DNA of 50,400 nt from Promethearchaeota archaeon (GCA_008080735.1 SHMW01000024.1:1-50400), one strand, 5' to 3'; shown: positions 38,275 through 48,352, numbered from the stretch's first letter. Notes: generated by a model from the sequence alone, not told the origin. Made by a program: numbers and translations.

Positions 38275-39138
38275 TCACTTACTCAATTTTTTAAATTTTA
38301 GAAATTCGATATTTTTGTATATATCCTTAACTTCAACACCATAATAGTTCTTAACTATGTCAAGTAAGAATTCTCCGTATCTTACATTTATCTCAACGTC
38401 AAATTCCTTTTCCAAACTTTTGATTATTTTATTGAGATTGAGATTTTTCTTTTTATTCACTAATTCTGCAACTGAATTTGAAAGAAAATAGGCATTCTTA
38501 ATCTCGTTTTTCAGATAATTTACAGATTGAACCCCAAAGTTTTCTTTGAAAAATCTTTGAGTAAACCCTCTTACTACTCCTAAGTCGGCATCAGTAATGA
38601 TTTTATCTTTGTCTTTTACAATTTCAACATCTTTAACAACTATATCAAGGTTTAAATCCTCCTTAATATGACGGTACTCATCTTCACCTATAATTTTATA
38701 TACAATTTCAAATGTCCCTGCAAAGATATATTCAAATAATGCATTATATAGTTCAGCTAAAAACTCTTTTTCTTTAATTAGGATTATGCCTATTGACTGT
38801 TTATTGAAAAAGCTTTTTAGAATATAGTTAAAAGTTAAGGGATAAAGATTTAGTTGTAACAAATCCATATCATTTTCGTTAAAAGGAACAGTCTCCACAT
38901 CCTTAATTTCAAAAGTGATACCGGGAGCGGGTACAAAATCTATTTGTTCTCTCGCGCGGATGTTAAAATTTTTATCAAGATATACGATAAATGTATGCTC
39001 GCATATAGTTTTCTCAATGGTAATAGTAGTTAATCCTTTTTGACTTGACTGTATTGGCTCTTTGGGAACCATCAGCCATCCTGATTTTTGACAGACTGGA
39101 CAGATGATATATATTTTTTGTTCATTGCTCGCCAGCAT
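38275..39138 (-). CDS. Hypothetical protein with N-terminal zinc ribbon
   Basis: CPVC...CEHTF.VYLDKNFNIR; 6 nt from the 7TM gene; AGGTGG SD-like site upstream. Confidence 0.75.
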   Translation of the reverse strand: MLASNEQKIYIICPVCQKSGWLMVPKEPIQSSQKGLTTITIEKTICEHTFIVYLDKNFNIRAREQIDFVPAPGITFEIKDVETVPFNENDMDLLQLNLYPLTFNYILKSFFNKQSIGIILIKEKEFLAELYNALFEYIFAGTFEIVYKIIGEDEYRHIKEDLNLDIVVKDVEIVKDKDKIITDADLGVVRGFTQRFFKENFGVQSVNYLKNEIKNAYFLSNSVAELVNKKKNLNLNKIIKSLEKEFDVEINVRYGEFLLDIVKNYYGVEVKDIYKNIEFLKFKKLSK

Positions 39139-39510
39139 ATTTTAACCACCTTTGAAAATGATTTGAACAACTTATCTATATACAAGAATGTGAGATGAAG
39201 ATATTTAAATTTTGGTAAAATCAGAATAATATTCCAATCTAATTCTACACATACCTAATGGAATAGTATAAAAGATTATCCGACAAAAAGGAAGACGATA
39301 AAGAATGTTCCGTGATACTCGATTTTGGAAAATATATTTATGAGGGGGAATTTGAATGAGATCTGAAATTATCACTAATGCTAATCTCCATTTATAAAGT
39401 GATATTTCAATTGTGAATTCCCTATTTACTAAATTTTCCTTTGAGAGGAGTATCATCTTATTTTGATTCTGATAAGGATGTTGCCAAAAGAAAAGAAAAT
39501 AAAAGAAATA

Positions 39511-40395
39511 TTAATCTGAAGATTTTTCTAAAGTTTCCCGAATTCTATTTACAACCTCTTTAAATGCTTTCGCACTTTCAGAATCGGGGTATTTCACTAC
39601 GAAGGGGAGGCCCTTATCTCCTTGGGTGCTAACTTCGGTTTCAAATGGTATCTTTCCTAATAATTCCACATTAAAATCATTTGCTGCTTTTTCTGCTCCT
39701 CCTGGTGGATATAAATCAATATGTTTTCCGCAATGAGGACATTTAAAACCAGACATATTTTCAATAATACCCAACACTTTCCTCTCCATTATTTGTGTCA
39801 TTTTGATGGTTTTTCTAGCGTCCATAAGTGCTACCTCCTGAGGTGTTGTCACTACAACGACATTTTCATCAGGAATCAATTGTAAAATATCCAAGGTCTC
39901 ATCTGATGTCCCTGGTGGAAGATCAAATACAATATAATCGAGGTCTCCCCATTTTGCATCGCCTAAGAATTGTCGAATTGCACCCATCTTCATGGGACCT
40001 CTCCAAATCACTGGGGTATCGGTGTCTTGGGTAAGAAATGACATACTAAGAACTTTAATTCCCATCGGACCATTTACAGGATAAAATTTTTTCTCACCCT
40101 TATCAACCATCGGTTTCAATTCATTACTGACACCCAACATTTTAGTCACATTTGGACCGGTAATATCAACGTCCATAATACCCACATCTAATCCATAACT
40201 TGCTAAGCTCATCGCAAGGTTCACAGCGACTGTAGTTTTTCCAACTCCTCCTTTTCCTGAAATAACTACAAGTTTATGGTCAATCTTTGCCATATTAGCT
40301 TCGATATCCTTCATCCTACGATCCATTTCCTCTTTCTTGCCTTGTGCGACTGTCTCATTCAAGTCTATTTCATCTGGTATTTCTTCATCCGCCAT
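39511..40395 (-). CDS. mrp: Mrp/NBP35 (ApbC) Fe-S cluster carrier ATPase
   Basis: SGKGGVGKTT, DVDITGP, VIWRGP, DLPPGTSD, VTTPQ, ENMSGFKCPHC. Confidence 0.95.
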   Translation of the reverse strand: MADEEIPDEIDLNETVAQGKKEEMDRRMKDIEANMAKIDHKLVVISGKGGVGKTTVAVNLAMSLASYGLDVGIMDVDITGPNVTKMLGVSNELKPMVDKGEKKFYPVNGPMGIKVLSMSFLTQDTDTPVIWRGPMKMGAIRQFLGDAKWGDLDYIVFDLPPGTSDETLDILQLIPDENVVVVTTPQEVALMDARKTIKMTQIMERKVLGIIENMSGFKCPHCGKHIDLYPPGGAEKAANDFNVELLGKIPFETEVSTQGDKGLPFVVKYPDSESAKAFKEVVNRIRETLEKSSD

Positions 40396-40558
40396 AATTT
40401 TTTACACTACTAAGTTTTAGTTATTTTTTCTATGTTGTAATTAATTCTCACTCTCTTTAATTCTATTGTTAATAATTTATGAAACATCTGTTAGTTTAGC
40501 ATTATTTCTATTTAAAGAGAAGCAAGAGTAATTATAGAAAATATTTTTTCTAATGATT

Positions 40559-40572
40559 TGAATGATTATTCA
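40559..40572. promoter_or_regulatory. Palindromic site TGAATGATTATTCA
   Basis: 1 mismatch to consensus; upstream of mrp. Confidence 0.55.
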
Positions 40573-40670
40573 TTAAAAAATTTTGCATTTATAAGGGATA
40601 AATGATAGGAAAAATTCTTAAAATCGATGCTAATGAAAAAAAAAGTAAAATGAAAAGATTCTGCTTAAGA

Positions 40671-41831
40671 CTATTTCTTATATTCAAGTGCGATTGAAGA
40701 ATTTGGCGGTACATTCTTTTGTAGCATTTTGAATGCATATAAAGAGGACGAAAAGGTTTTTGCGTTATATCTCTTCACCACATCATTTAGCTCATCATCA
40801 AACACACGCACGAAAATTTCAATATCAGGATATCGAGAAAAAATCTTTGCCGTCAAATATATTGCCTCATCAAATTCTAATCGGCTTGTCCAGAAAATAT
40901 ATAATTGCTCAACCTCGCTCAGATTCACATAGTCTCGAATATCACTCAAAAAGCGAGGAAAATCATTGATAATATGCAATTTTTCATTTTCAGGAAATGG
41001 AATCCCATCGTGGATATCATCAAATAAAAACACTTCACGATCATCTTGGGTTGAAATATCATAAGCGAGCCTATGACATAAGTGATCTCGCCCTATAACG
41101 ATAGCTTTTCCTTTACTTGCTCTAGACCATTTTACCACTGCATCCATCGCCCATTTCGATACTGAAAATGCAAAGACATTGAGGGGTTCTTGTTGGAGAT
41201 ATTCTCGAACGTGTCCTTCAAAAGCTCTGACATAGATGGGACATTTTTCATTATAATTACGAATTTTCTCTGAACAAATAATTGCAATCCGATAATCATT
41301 AGTACAGATGAAGATTTCTTTCGCATCCTTAATATTGAGATTTAACAAGTTTTTAGTATCGGTGGGATCCCCCACGGTCACAGCATATCCTTGATTGATA
41401 TAGTCTTCTACTTTTTCCTCATCGTCTTCGATAATACAAAATGATCGCTTATTCTCAATGCAATGTTCAATTATTCTTACCGATAAGTGGTCATATCCAA
41501 TGATAACCGTATGATTGTGTTGATGTTTACACAGAATTCTACTTGTTATTAAAGGATTATACTTTTCAAGGAGTTCCCCGATGATAAATCCAAATACAAT
41601 CACTTCTAATATAATGGGCCAAACAAGGGCATAAAATGCGGCAAAATCGCTTGTGGTGCTCGGACAACGTACGGTTAATGAGTAAAGAAATATCGCCCAA
41701 AATTCATGAATTGGTTCGGTAAAAAAGAAATAAGTAAATCCGCCCAACCAGAATAAAAATAAAAACAAAAACGGATACTTATATTGTTTTAACTTAAGAT
41801 GTATTTCAATTAAATAATTCATTACACTCAT
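40671..41831 (-). CDS. Two-TM channel-like protein with tandem RCK/TrkA-N domains
   Basis: Two TM helices flanking a short loop; NHTVIIGY, GDPTD and a second AIVIGR Rossmann-like unit. Confidence 0.8.
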   Translation of the reverse strand: MSVMNYLIEIHLKLKQYKYPFLFLFLFWLGGFTYFFFTEPIHEFWAIFLYSLTVRCPSTTSDFAAFYALVWPIILEVIVFGFIIGELLEKYNPLITSRILCKHQHNHTVIIGYDHLSVRIIEHCIENKRSFCIIEDDEEKVEDYINQGYAVTVGDPTDTKNLLNLNIKDAKEIFICTNDYRIAIICSEKIRNYNEKCPIYVRAFEGHVREYLQQEPLNVFAFSVSKWAMDAVVKWSRASKGKAIVIGRDHLCHRLAYDISTQDDREVFLFDDIHDGIPFPENEKLHIINDFPRFLSDIRDYVNLSEVEQLYIFWTSRLEFDEAIYLTAKIFSRYPDIEIFVRVFDDELNDVVKRYNAKTFSSSLYAFKMLQKNVPPNSSIALEYKK

Positions 41832-41966
41832 ATATCTATCACTTTTTTTCTATTGATAGTTATCATATAGAAAAAATAATATAAAATATTTCTCTATATT
41901 TTCTCATTTCTCAATATAGAACTATATAGTCGCTTCTGGGTAGAGACTTGATCAAAATGAAGATAT

Positions 41967-42239
41967 TCATTCCAAAGCCCCTATTATTTCCATAAGATTT
42001 TTTCTATTTCTCTCCCATCCCTTATCAACAGCGCGTTGTACAAATTTTTTCATTGTAGCTTTGACCACGGCTCTATTCAGTACAATTTTTAATTTTGACA
42101 TGACTTTTTCAACAATCAGAGATTTGATTAGATTTTCCAGAGATTCACCTTTAGAGGCTTTTTTAATAATCCGTTTAAAGGTCTTTCGAATAGCGTTTTC
42201 TACAATCTGCTCGAGGTTATCTTTTACATTAGGGGACAT
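41967..42239 (-). CDS. Small basic helical hypothetical protein
   Basis: 90 aa ORF filling the gap, amphipathic helices. Confidence 0.6.
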   Translation of the reverse strand: MSPNVKDNLEQIVENAIRKTFKRIIKKASKGESLENLIKSLIVEKVMSKLKIVLNRAVVKATMKKFVQRAVDKGWERNRKNLMEIIGALE

Positions 42240-42344
42240 TTACATAAGAGAAAATTTAGTTTTGAAAACTTAATAAATCTATTATTACTTATTTGTTTGT
42301 ATTTAGATAATATTCATAAAAATTCCCTTCAAATTCCGTTCTAA

Positions 42345-43187
42345 TTGAAAATGACATTACAAATTACTTGGTATGGAACTGCGTGTTTTATTGCTCATTT
42401 GGACGGTTCAAATATATTATTTGATCCTTTCTTCTTGAGAAATGAAAATGCGCAACCTATTATTACCACACAACCAGAAGAGATAGATGCTATTGATGCG
42501 ATCTTCATTACGCACGCTCACTTTGATCATATCACCGAAGCGGGGTTTTTTGCTGAGAAACTTAATGTCCCTGTCTATTGTTCCAGTACAGCAAAAGAGA
42601 ATATCATTCGATGGATGGATGGTGAAATAATCGAAGACCATAAAGAAGCGTTTTCTAAAAGGGCTAAGCAAAACATCAAAACGATTAATTATGAAGATTC
42701 CATAAAAATTGGGTCTGATTTAGAAATTCATCCAATTAAATCATGCCATATCTCTTTTGATGCGAAAACTATTTTGAGCCGATTATTTTCTTGGAGCTTT
42801 CTCAAACAGGTGAAGACTATATCGAAATATGGACGAGGATTCCCTCAAGGGAAAGTTTTCGGATATAAACTATTATATAAAGATCTGAGTCTCATCACCT
42901 TTGGAAGCTTATGTACTAAATACATACAAAATTTGGATCAATACAAGGGATGCGATGTACTGTTAATTCCTTATGCTGGAAATAGTACAAAGCACATGGT
43001 TAAGAAGACAATTGAATTAATTGAGGTTTTAAAGCCGAAAATACTCATCCCTCACCATTGGGATAATTTCTTTCCTCCATTAAGTCGTGAGGAAGATTTA
43101 AATCCTTTAAAAGAAGAGATTAAGCAAAATTATCCCGATATAACTCTAATAATTCTTCCTTTCGAAGACAAAACTCCAATTATTTAA
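42345..43187 (+). CDS. Metallo-beta-lactamase fold hydrolase (UPF0173/UlaG-like)
   Basis: ITWYGTA, FDPF, THAHFDH, IPHHWD; ATG at 42351 is an alternative start. Confidence 0.92.
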   Translation: MKMTLQITWYGTACFIAHLDGSNILFDPFFLRNENAQPIITTQPEEIDAIDAIFITHAHFDHITEAGFFAEKLNVPVYCSSTAKENIIRWMDGEIIEDHKEAFSKRAKQNIKTINYEDSIKIGSDLEIHPIKSCHISFDAKTILSRLFSWSFLKQVKTISKYGRGFPQGKVFGYKLLYKDLSLITFGSLCTKYIQNLDQYKGCDVLLIPYAGNSTKHMVKKTIELIEVLKPKILIPHHWDNFFPPLSREEDLNPLKEEIKQNYPDITLIILPFEDKTPII

Positions 43188-43456
43188 TCTTTATTGGATT
43201 TAACGTTCGCTTGTTTCGCACTCTTTTATTTTTAGAATTTGATACAATCTTATAATTACTCAGAATTCTCTTTTTTTGCACACTCTATTCGAATTCTATC
43301 ATTTTCTTTCTATAGCTCGCTTATCTTTTTCTTATGTTCGGTAATAATAAGATTTATTTTCAATCTTTGTAGGTAATATCTCATTTTCGTTTGGGGACCT
43401 ATTAAAATAAACCGAAAAACACTTATTAAAAAGATGAGGCTTAAATGAGAGATCTA

Positions 43457-43999
43457 TCATCTAACTTCAGAATCGAAAATCTCTTGGGCAATTCTAAGAA
43501 ACACTTTATCAATTCCTATATTTTCTTTTGCACTCGTTTCTATATAGCAACTTGCACATAATTCCTCTTTTGTTTCCAACCCTTCATCCTTTAAAATTGG
43601 TCTATTCATGTCCCCATCAACAAGATCTAACTTATTACCAACTAGAATCGAAGGTTTTTGTTTAATTACCCGCTCGATTTCTTCTTTCCACTTGGATAAA
43701 TTCATTAAAGAAAATCTGCGAGTTAAGTCAAAAGTATAAATAATACCGTGAGCTCCAGCATAAAAATTCGGTCGGACTGCGAAAAAACGCTCTTGTCCTC
43801 CAAGGTCCCAAATTTGTAAGGTTATTTGTACATTCTTATTAGGGAGGGTTATTCGTTTGATGAAGAGATTCGTCCCAATGGTAACTTTTGTATCTTCTAC
43901 GAATTTATCATCAACATATTGGTGTAGAATTGTTGTTTTACCCACCGCGCCATCTCCGACGATGCAGATTTTATAAAGACGGTTAAAATTATGCGTCAT
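43457..43999 (-). CDS. Rab-like small GTPase
   Basis: G1 GDGAVGKT, G2 TIG, G3 WDLGGQERF, G4 NKLD, G5 ETSAK. Confidence 0.95.
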   Translation of the reverse strand: MTHNFNRLYKICIVGDGAVGKTTILHQYVDDKFVEDTKVTIGTNLFIKRITLPNKNVQITLQIWDLGGQERFFAVRPNFYAGAHGIIYTFDLTRRFSLMNLSKWKEEIERVIKQKPSILVGNKLDLVDGDMNRPILKDEGLETKEELCASCYIETSAKENIGIDKVFLRIAQEIFDSEVR

Positions 44000-44289
44000 A
44001 ATTCTTGGTCCCAGTAGGTATACTCCTTTAAAATTTGGTAAATTAAGTGCTCTATCTAATTACACCTATAATAATAACCCTATAATAATTATAAAGTAAC
44101 AAAACTATTATAACTTTTACTCATTTTTTAGAAAAGAGATATTCGCAAATCCATTAATTCAAAAGAAATATCTAACTCAATGGTAATCAGAACCTTCTCT
44201 GTTAAAGAGCGAGCTTTAGAATAAATGGATATATATATCATTTTTTAATAATCAAAAATAGTAATAGTTAGATTTACAATAAATTAGTT

Positions 44290-45489
44290 TTGAGGATTAA
44301 TATGTCAGGAAAAACAGATAGAAAGTTAGATTCCTCTGGTAAACCTATGCTCGATTTTATTACAAAGATATGTGATGAAATTGGACCTCGTGTGGGGGGT
44401 TCAGAGGCGGAGGATAAAGCTGGAAATATGATTTATAAGGAAATGTCCACATTTTGCGATGAGGTAGAAAAGCAAGAATTTGAATGCCATCCTGGTGGAT
44501 TTTTAGATTATATTTGGGTCACAGCTATTTTTTATATTGTTGGAGTGCTATTCTATTTTTTTATTCCCCTACTCTCAGCGATTTTGATATTATTAGGAAT
44601 TTTAATCTATTTCGCTCAACAAGCCCTCACCTTAGAAATAATTGATTTTTTATTTCCAAAAGTTCACTCATTCCATGTAATAGGAAAGATAAAACCTAAA
44701 AATGAAGCGAAGAATTTGGTTTTGCTGGGGGGACACCATGATTCTGCCTATGAATTTCCACTATTAAGCAAGTTGGGAGGATATTCAAGATATCTTATTA
44801 TGTTAACACTGGTGATATCTATTTTAAACATAATTTTGTCGTTAGTGAATTCCATTATAGTGATACCATTTTTAGATTATATCCAAATTGGATTATTCTT
44901 TATTGGGGTCCCATTGATTCTCATAATTGCCGCATTTTTACGATCAAATAAAGGTGTACTCGGAGCAAACGATAATTTAACGGCGGTTGCCGCCATATTA
45001 GAGATAGGGAAATATTTAGCGAAAGATCAAAATCGTCCAGAAAAAACTGAAGTTTGGCTTGTAAGTTTTGCGGGAGAGGAGCATATGCGTGGCTCGAAGA
45101 GATTTGTCTCTATGAACAAAGAAGAACTCGACCGTCGAAATGCTACCCTATTTAATCTCGAATGTTTAAGTGGGGAAAGCTTCCTATTGGCTACTGCAGA
45201 GAATCTTTTTTTTGCGACACATTCAGAAAAGGTGATAAATATGGGAAAAAGAGCAGCAGATGACTTAGGTATCGATATACAAGTAGGACCTTTAAAATTT
45301 GCGGGAAGCGATTCTGCGAATTTTTCACGCAAAGGATTAGATGCATCCACTTTATTTGGAAGGGTGAAAAAAGGGACTCCCGCTGATTGGCATACCATGA
45401 GAGATACTCCAGAGCGCCTAGATGGAGAGAGTATAGCAAAAGGAGCAGAAATCGCCCTTCATTATGTGGAATTGGTAGACCAGAACTAA
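44290..45489 (+). CDS. M28-family metallopeptidase with inserted TM hairpins
   Basis: GPRVGGS.AE, GHHDS, GANDN, GEE, NLE, SD, WHT..D; ATG at 44302 is the likely start. Confidence 0.9.
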   Translation: MRINMSGKTDRKLDSSGKPMLDFITKICDEIGPRVGGSEAEDKAGNMIYKEMSTFCDEVEKQEFECHPGGFLDYIWVTAIFYIVGVLFYFFIPLLSAILILLGILIYFAQQALTLEIIDFLFPKVHSFHVIGKIKPKNEAKNLVLLGGHHDSAYEFPLLSKLGGYSRYLIMLTLVISILNIILSLVNSIIVIPFLDYIQIGLFFIGVPLILIIAAFLRSNKGVLGANDNLTAVAAILEIGKYLAKDQNRPEKTEVWLVSFAGEEHMRGSKRFVSMNKEELDRRNATLFNLECLSGESFLLATAENLFFATHSEKVINMGKRAADDLGIDIQVGPLKFAGSDSANFSRKGLDASTLFGRVKKGTPADWHTMRDTPERLDGESIAKGAEIALHYVELVDQN

Positions 45490-45671
45490 ATATCATCATA
45501 AATCTCCAACTTTTTACCCTAATTTTTTTTATTTTAATTAAAAAGACTTATGTATTTAATAGAGAAAAAGCGAGTTTAATTGAATTTAATAGTATGAATT
45601 ATCAAATCTCATAAACAACTATTAGGATTAAATTTTAATAGAATTGTGTTTTATTTTAAATAACTGAATTA

Positions 45672-45685
45672 AGAATATTTATTCA
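45672..45685. promoter_or_regulatory. Palindromic site AGAATATTTATTCA
   Basis: 2 mismatches to consensus; just upstream of TATA-like CTTAAAA before the NifX-family gene. Confidence 0.55.
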
Positions 45686-45741
45686 GAATATCTTAAAACA
45701 TATTAAAATATAATCTCAAAACGAGAGGTCAGATAATAAAA

Positions 45742-46206
45742 ATGACGATTATTGGAATTCCTTCCTTTGGAAGCGGTGGCCTAAATTCTAACCTAAATCC
45801 TCGATTTGGAAGATGTGCGGCATTTACCTTTGTCACAGTTGAAAATGGTGAAATCGAAAAGGTAAAAACAGTACCTAATAATGCTGCAAACGCTATGGGA
45901 GGCGCAGGTATTCAAGCAGCTCAAATTATAGGCAATAATGGAGCATCAGCAGTAATTGTAGGTAATCTCGGACCCAATGCCGCCCAAGCATTAGGTTCTC
46001 TCAACCTGGATATCTATCAAGCACCACCTCAACAAGTAACTGTTAAACAAGCGATCGAAAAGTTCATTAAAGGAGAACTTCAAAATATCTCGGGTGCGAA
46101 TGTCGGCGCTCATTATGGAATGGGCGGTGGTGGTCGAGGTATGGGTGGAGGAGGCGGTCGTGGAATGGGCGGAGGAATGGGAAGCGGTCGTAGAAGAAAT
46201 ATGTAA
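45742..46206 (+). CDS. NifB/NifX-family cluster-binding protein with Gly/Arg/Met-rich tail
   Basis: RFGRC..F, GGAGIQAAQ, GNLGPNA; GGGGRGMG repeats. Confidence 0.92.
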   Translation: MTIIGIPSFGSGGLNSNLNPRFGRCAAFTFVTVENGEIEKVKTVPNNAANAMGGAGIQAAQIIGNNGASAVIVGNLGPNAAQALGSLNLDIYQAPPQQVTVKQAIEKFIKGELQNISGANVGAHYGMGGGGRGMGGGGGRGMGGGMGSGRRRNM

Positions 46207-46374
46207 CTTTTTTTTCTAATCCTTTTTAATTTTTATATATTAGCAAAGTTAAATAAACTGCTTTGTAGGATTTATTTCAGATCTAATTTTATATTAAAAC
46301 AGATTGATTACCAATTAGAAAGTATTAGGAATAACTTTTTATAGGATTAAAATTTACCTTGAATAGTTGGATAA

Positions 46375-46388
46375 AGAATAATTATTCA
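46375..46388. promoter_or_regulatory. Palindromic site AGAATAATTATTCA
   Basis: 1 mismatch to consensus; upstream of the COG1149 pair. Confidence 0.55.
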
Positions 46389-46455
46389 AAATAAATAAAT
46401 TTACCAATGCTAATTTTGCATTGAAATAATCACTTTAATATATGTTTATTGAAAT

Positions 46456-47427
46456 ATGGATGATAATATGTCAATAAAGAATAAGCCTTCGGTTCAGAAT
46501 GGGCCCAAACGGATTTGTGTGACGGGAGGAAAAGGTGGAACCGGGAAAACCTTGATCGCTGTGAATTTGGCAACAATGTTCAAAAATGAAGGAAAAAAGG
46601 TACTATTGGTGGACGGAGATGTTGAGAACCCTAATACATACCTTCTACTGAATGGAAAATTAGAGAATAAAGAGCATGTTCCTTTTTTCAAGCCAGTTAT
46701 TAATGAGGAAAAGTGTTCAAAATGTGGATTATGTGCGAAAAATTGTGCTACGCATGCTTTACTCCACGTAGAAGGGCAATATCCGATACCATTTTTGAAT
46801 TTATGTTCGGGTTGTAAGCTCTGTTATAAAATCTGTCCCGAGAACGCAATTGAAGAGGATTATAAGGAGTTAGGATGGACCTATGAAACAAATGTGAACG
46901 GAATGGACCTCTTAGTGGGGGAATTAAAACCGTCTGAAGCTCGCTCTGTGGGCATCGTAGAAGCTCTAATGAACAAAATTGACCAAAGATTACAAGAATA
47001 CCCAGAACGATATGACGTAATTGTAATGGATACAGCTCCAGGTGCCCATTGTGATGTGGAATTATTATTAGAAAAGGCAGATAAAATAATTCCTGTAACA
47101 GAGCCTACGAGGTTTGGAGAATTGGATTTGATTAGGATTATCGATTTAATAGATCTTTTAAAAAAGGATTTCAGAGTGATTGTAAATAGATCTTCTTTAT
47201 TAGGATTTAGAGAAGAATTTTTGGATAAGCTTGATGAGCAAGATATACAGATTTTAGGTGATATTCCCTTGGATGATGAGATAGTGAAGTCTTACTGTCA
47301 AGGTATACCTCTTATGGAAAAGAATGGCAAATTTGATACAGAAAGTGAAGGGTATAAGGCTTTTAAGGAAATATATAAAAATCTACAAAATTGGTTAAAT
47401 GATTCACAAGTGGAGGAAAGTATATAA
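46456..47427 (+). CDS. MinD-superfamily P-loop ATPase with inserted ferredoxin (COG1149), first paralog
   Basis: GGKGGTGKT, DVENPN, CSKCGLC...C, CSGCKLC...CP, DTAPGAHC, VTEPT. Confidence 0.92.
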   Translation: MDDNMSIKNKPSVQNGPKRICVTGGKGGTGKTLIAVNLATMFKNEGKKVLLVDGDVENPNTYLLLNGKLENKEHVPFFKPVINEEKCSKCGLCAKNCATHALLHVEGQYPIPFLNLCSGCKLCYKICPENAIEEDYKELGWTYETNVNGMDLLVGELKPSEARSVGIVEALMNKIDQRLQEYPERYDVIVMDTAPGAHCDVELLLEKADKIIPVTEPTRFGELDLIRIIDLIDLLKKDFRVIVNRSSLLGFREEFLDKLDEQDIQILGDIPLDDEIVKSYCQGIPLMEKNGKFDTESEGYKAFKEIYKNLQNWLNDSQVEESI

Positions 47428-47428
47428 G

Positions 47429-48352
47429 ATGGAAGCGAAAGCTGTAGGAATAATCTCGGGAAAGGGAGGAGTTGGAAAAACCTCCTTGACCGCCTCACTC
47501 GCGAGTTTAGCAGAGAAGGATCCTGAAATAAGTCCGATGATAATGGATTGTGATGTAGATGCCCCAAATTTGGCTTTGATATTACCATCTAAAAATGATG
47601 ATAAGATAAAAACAAAAGATACATATACCACGTTGAAAGCACGTTTTAATGAAAAAAATTGCGTCCATTGTAAGCAATGCATAGACGACCACTTTTGTGA
47701 ATTTCACGCATTAAACTGGGATGAGGAGAATGAGGTTCCGGTTATTGATTATTTGGCATGCGAAGGATGTGGCGCGTGTAAAGTTCTATGTCCAGAACAT
47801 GCGTTTGAAATCAATCCCGTTAAAAGCGGAGAAATTATCTCTTACGAAACCAAATTGGGACCTCAATTAGTATACGGAAAGACAGAATTAGGCAGCACTA
47901 CCTCTGGGAAATTGGTCTCAGAAAGTAAAGAATTTGCGAAAAATCTTAATATTAATGAAGAGGTTGATTTGACCATTATCGACGGGCCACCAGGTATTGG
48001 ATGTCCTGTCATTGCCACCGTTTCAGGATTAGATTATGTAATAACTATCTGTGAACCTACTCCCTCGGGACTTCATGATGTAATTCGAGCGATAGAAGTG
48101 GTAAAGGAATTTAATATACCATTTGGAATAGTGATAAACAAAGCAGACTTGAAGAGTCCATTCCAAGATGAGTTCAAGGAATTTATAGAAAATACTGGAT
48201 ATGATATTCTTGGAAGAATTCCATTTGATCTACAGATTGCTCACGCAATGGCACACGCTGAACCTGTTGTGGATTATGCTCCAACATCAGAAGCCAGTAA
48301 GGCAATTGGAGAGATTTATAAGAATCTAAAGAAAATATTAATAGAGAAATGA
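47429..48352 (+). CDS. MinD-superfamily P-loop ATPase with inserted ferredoxin (COG1149), second paralog
   Basis: SGKGGVGKT, DCDVDAPNL, CEGCGAC...CP, SGKLV, DGPPGIGCPV; start moved from 47399 to the ATG at 47429. Confidence 0.92.
   Translation: MEAKAVGIISGKGGVGKTSLTASLASLAEKDPEISPMIMDCDVDAPNLALILPSKNDDKIKTKDTYTTLKARFNEKNCVHCKQCIDDHFCEFHALNWDEENEVPVIDYLACEGCGACKVLCPEHAFEINPVKSGEIISYETKLGPQLVYGKTELGSTTSGKLVSESKEFAKNLNINEEVDLTIIDGPPGIGCPVIATVSGLDYVITICEPTPSGLHDVIRAIEVVKEFNIPFGIVINKADLKSPFQDEFKEFIENTGYDILGRIPFDLQIAHAMAHAEPVVDYAPTSEASKAIGEIYKNLKKILIEK

Noticed and set aside
39205-39456. 83 aa ORF on minus strand
   Set aside because: No motif, atypical composition; region may be decayed coding DNA that I cannot identify
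43250-43385. Minus-strand coiled-coil-like fragment with internal TAG
   Set aside because: Too short and unidentifiable; no support for readthrough
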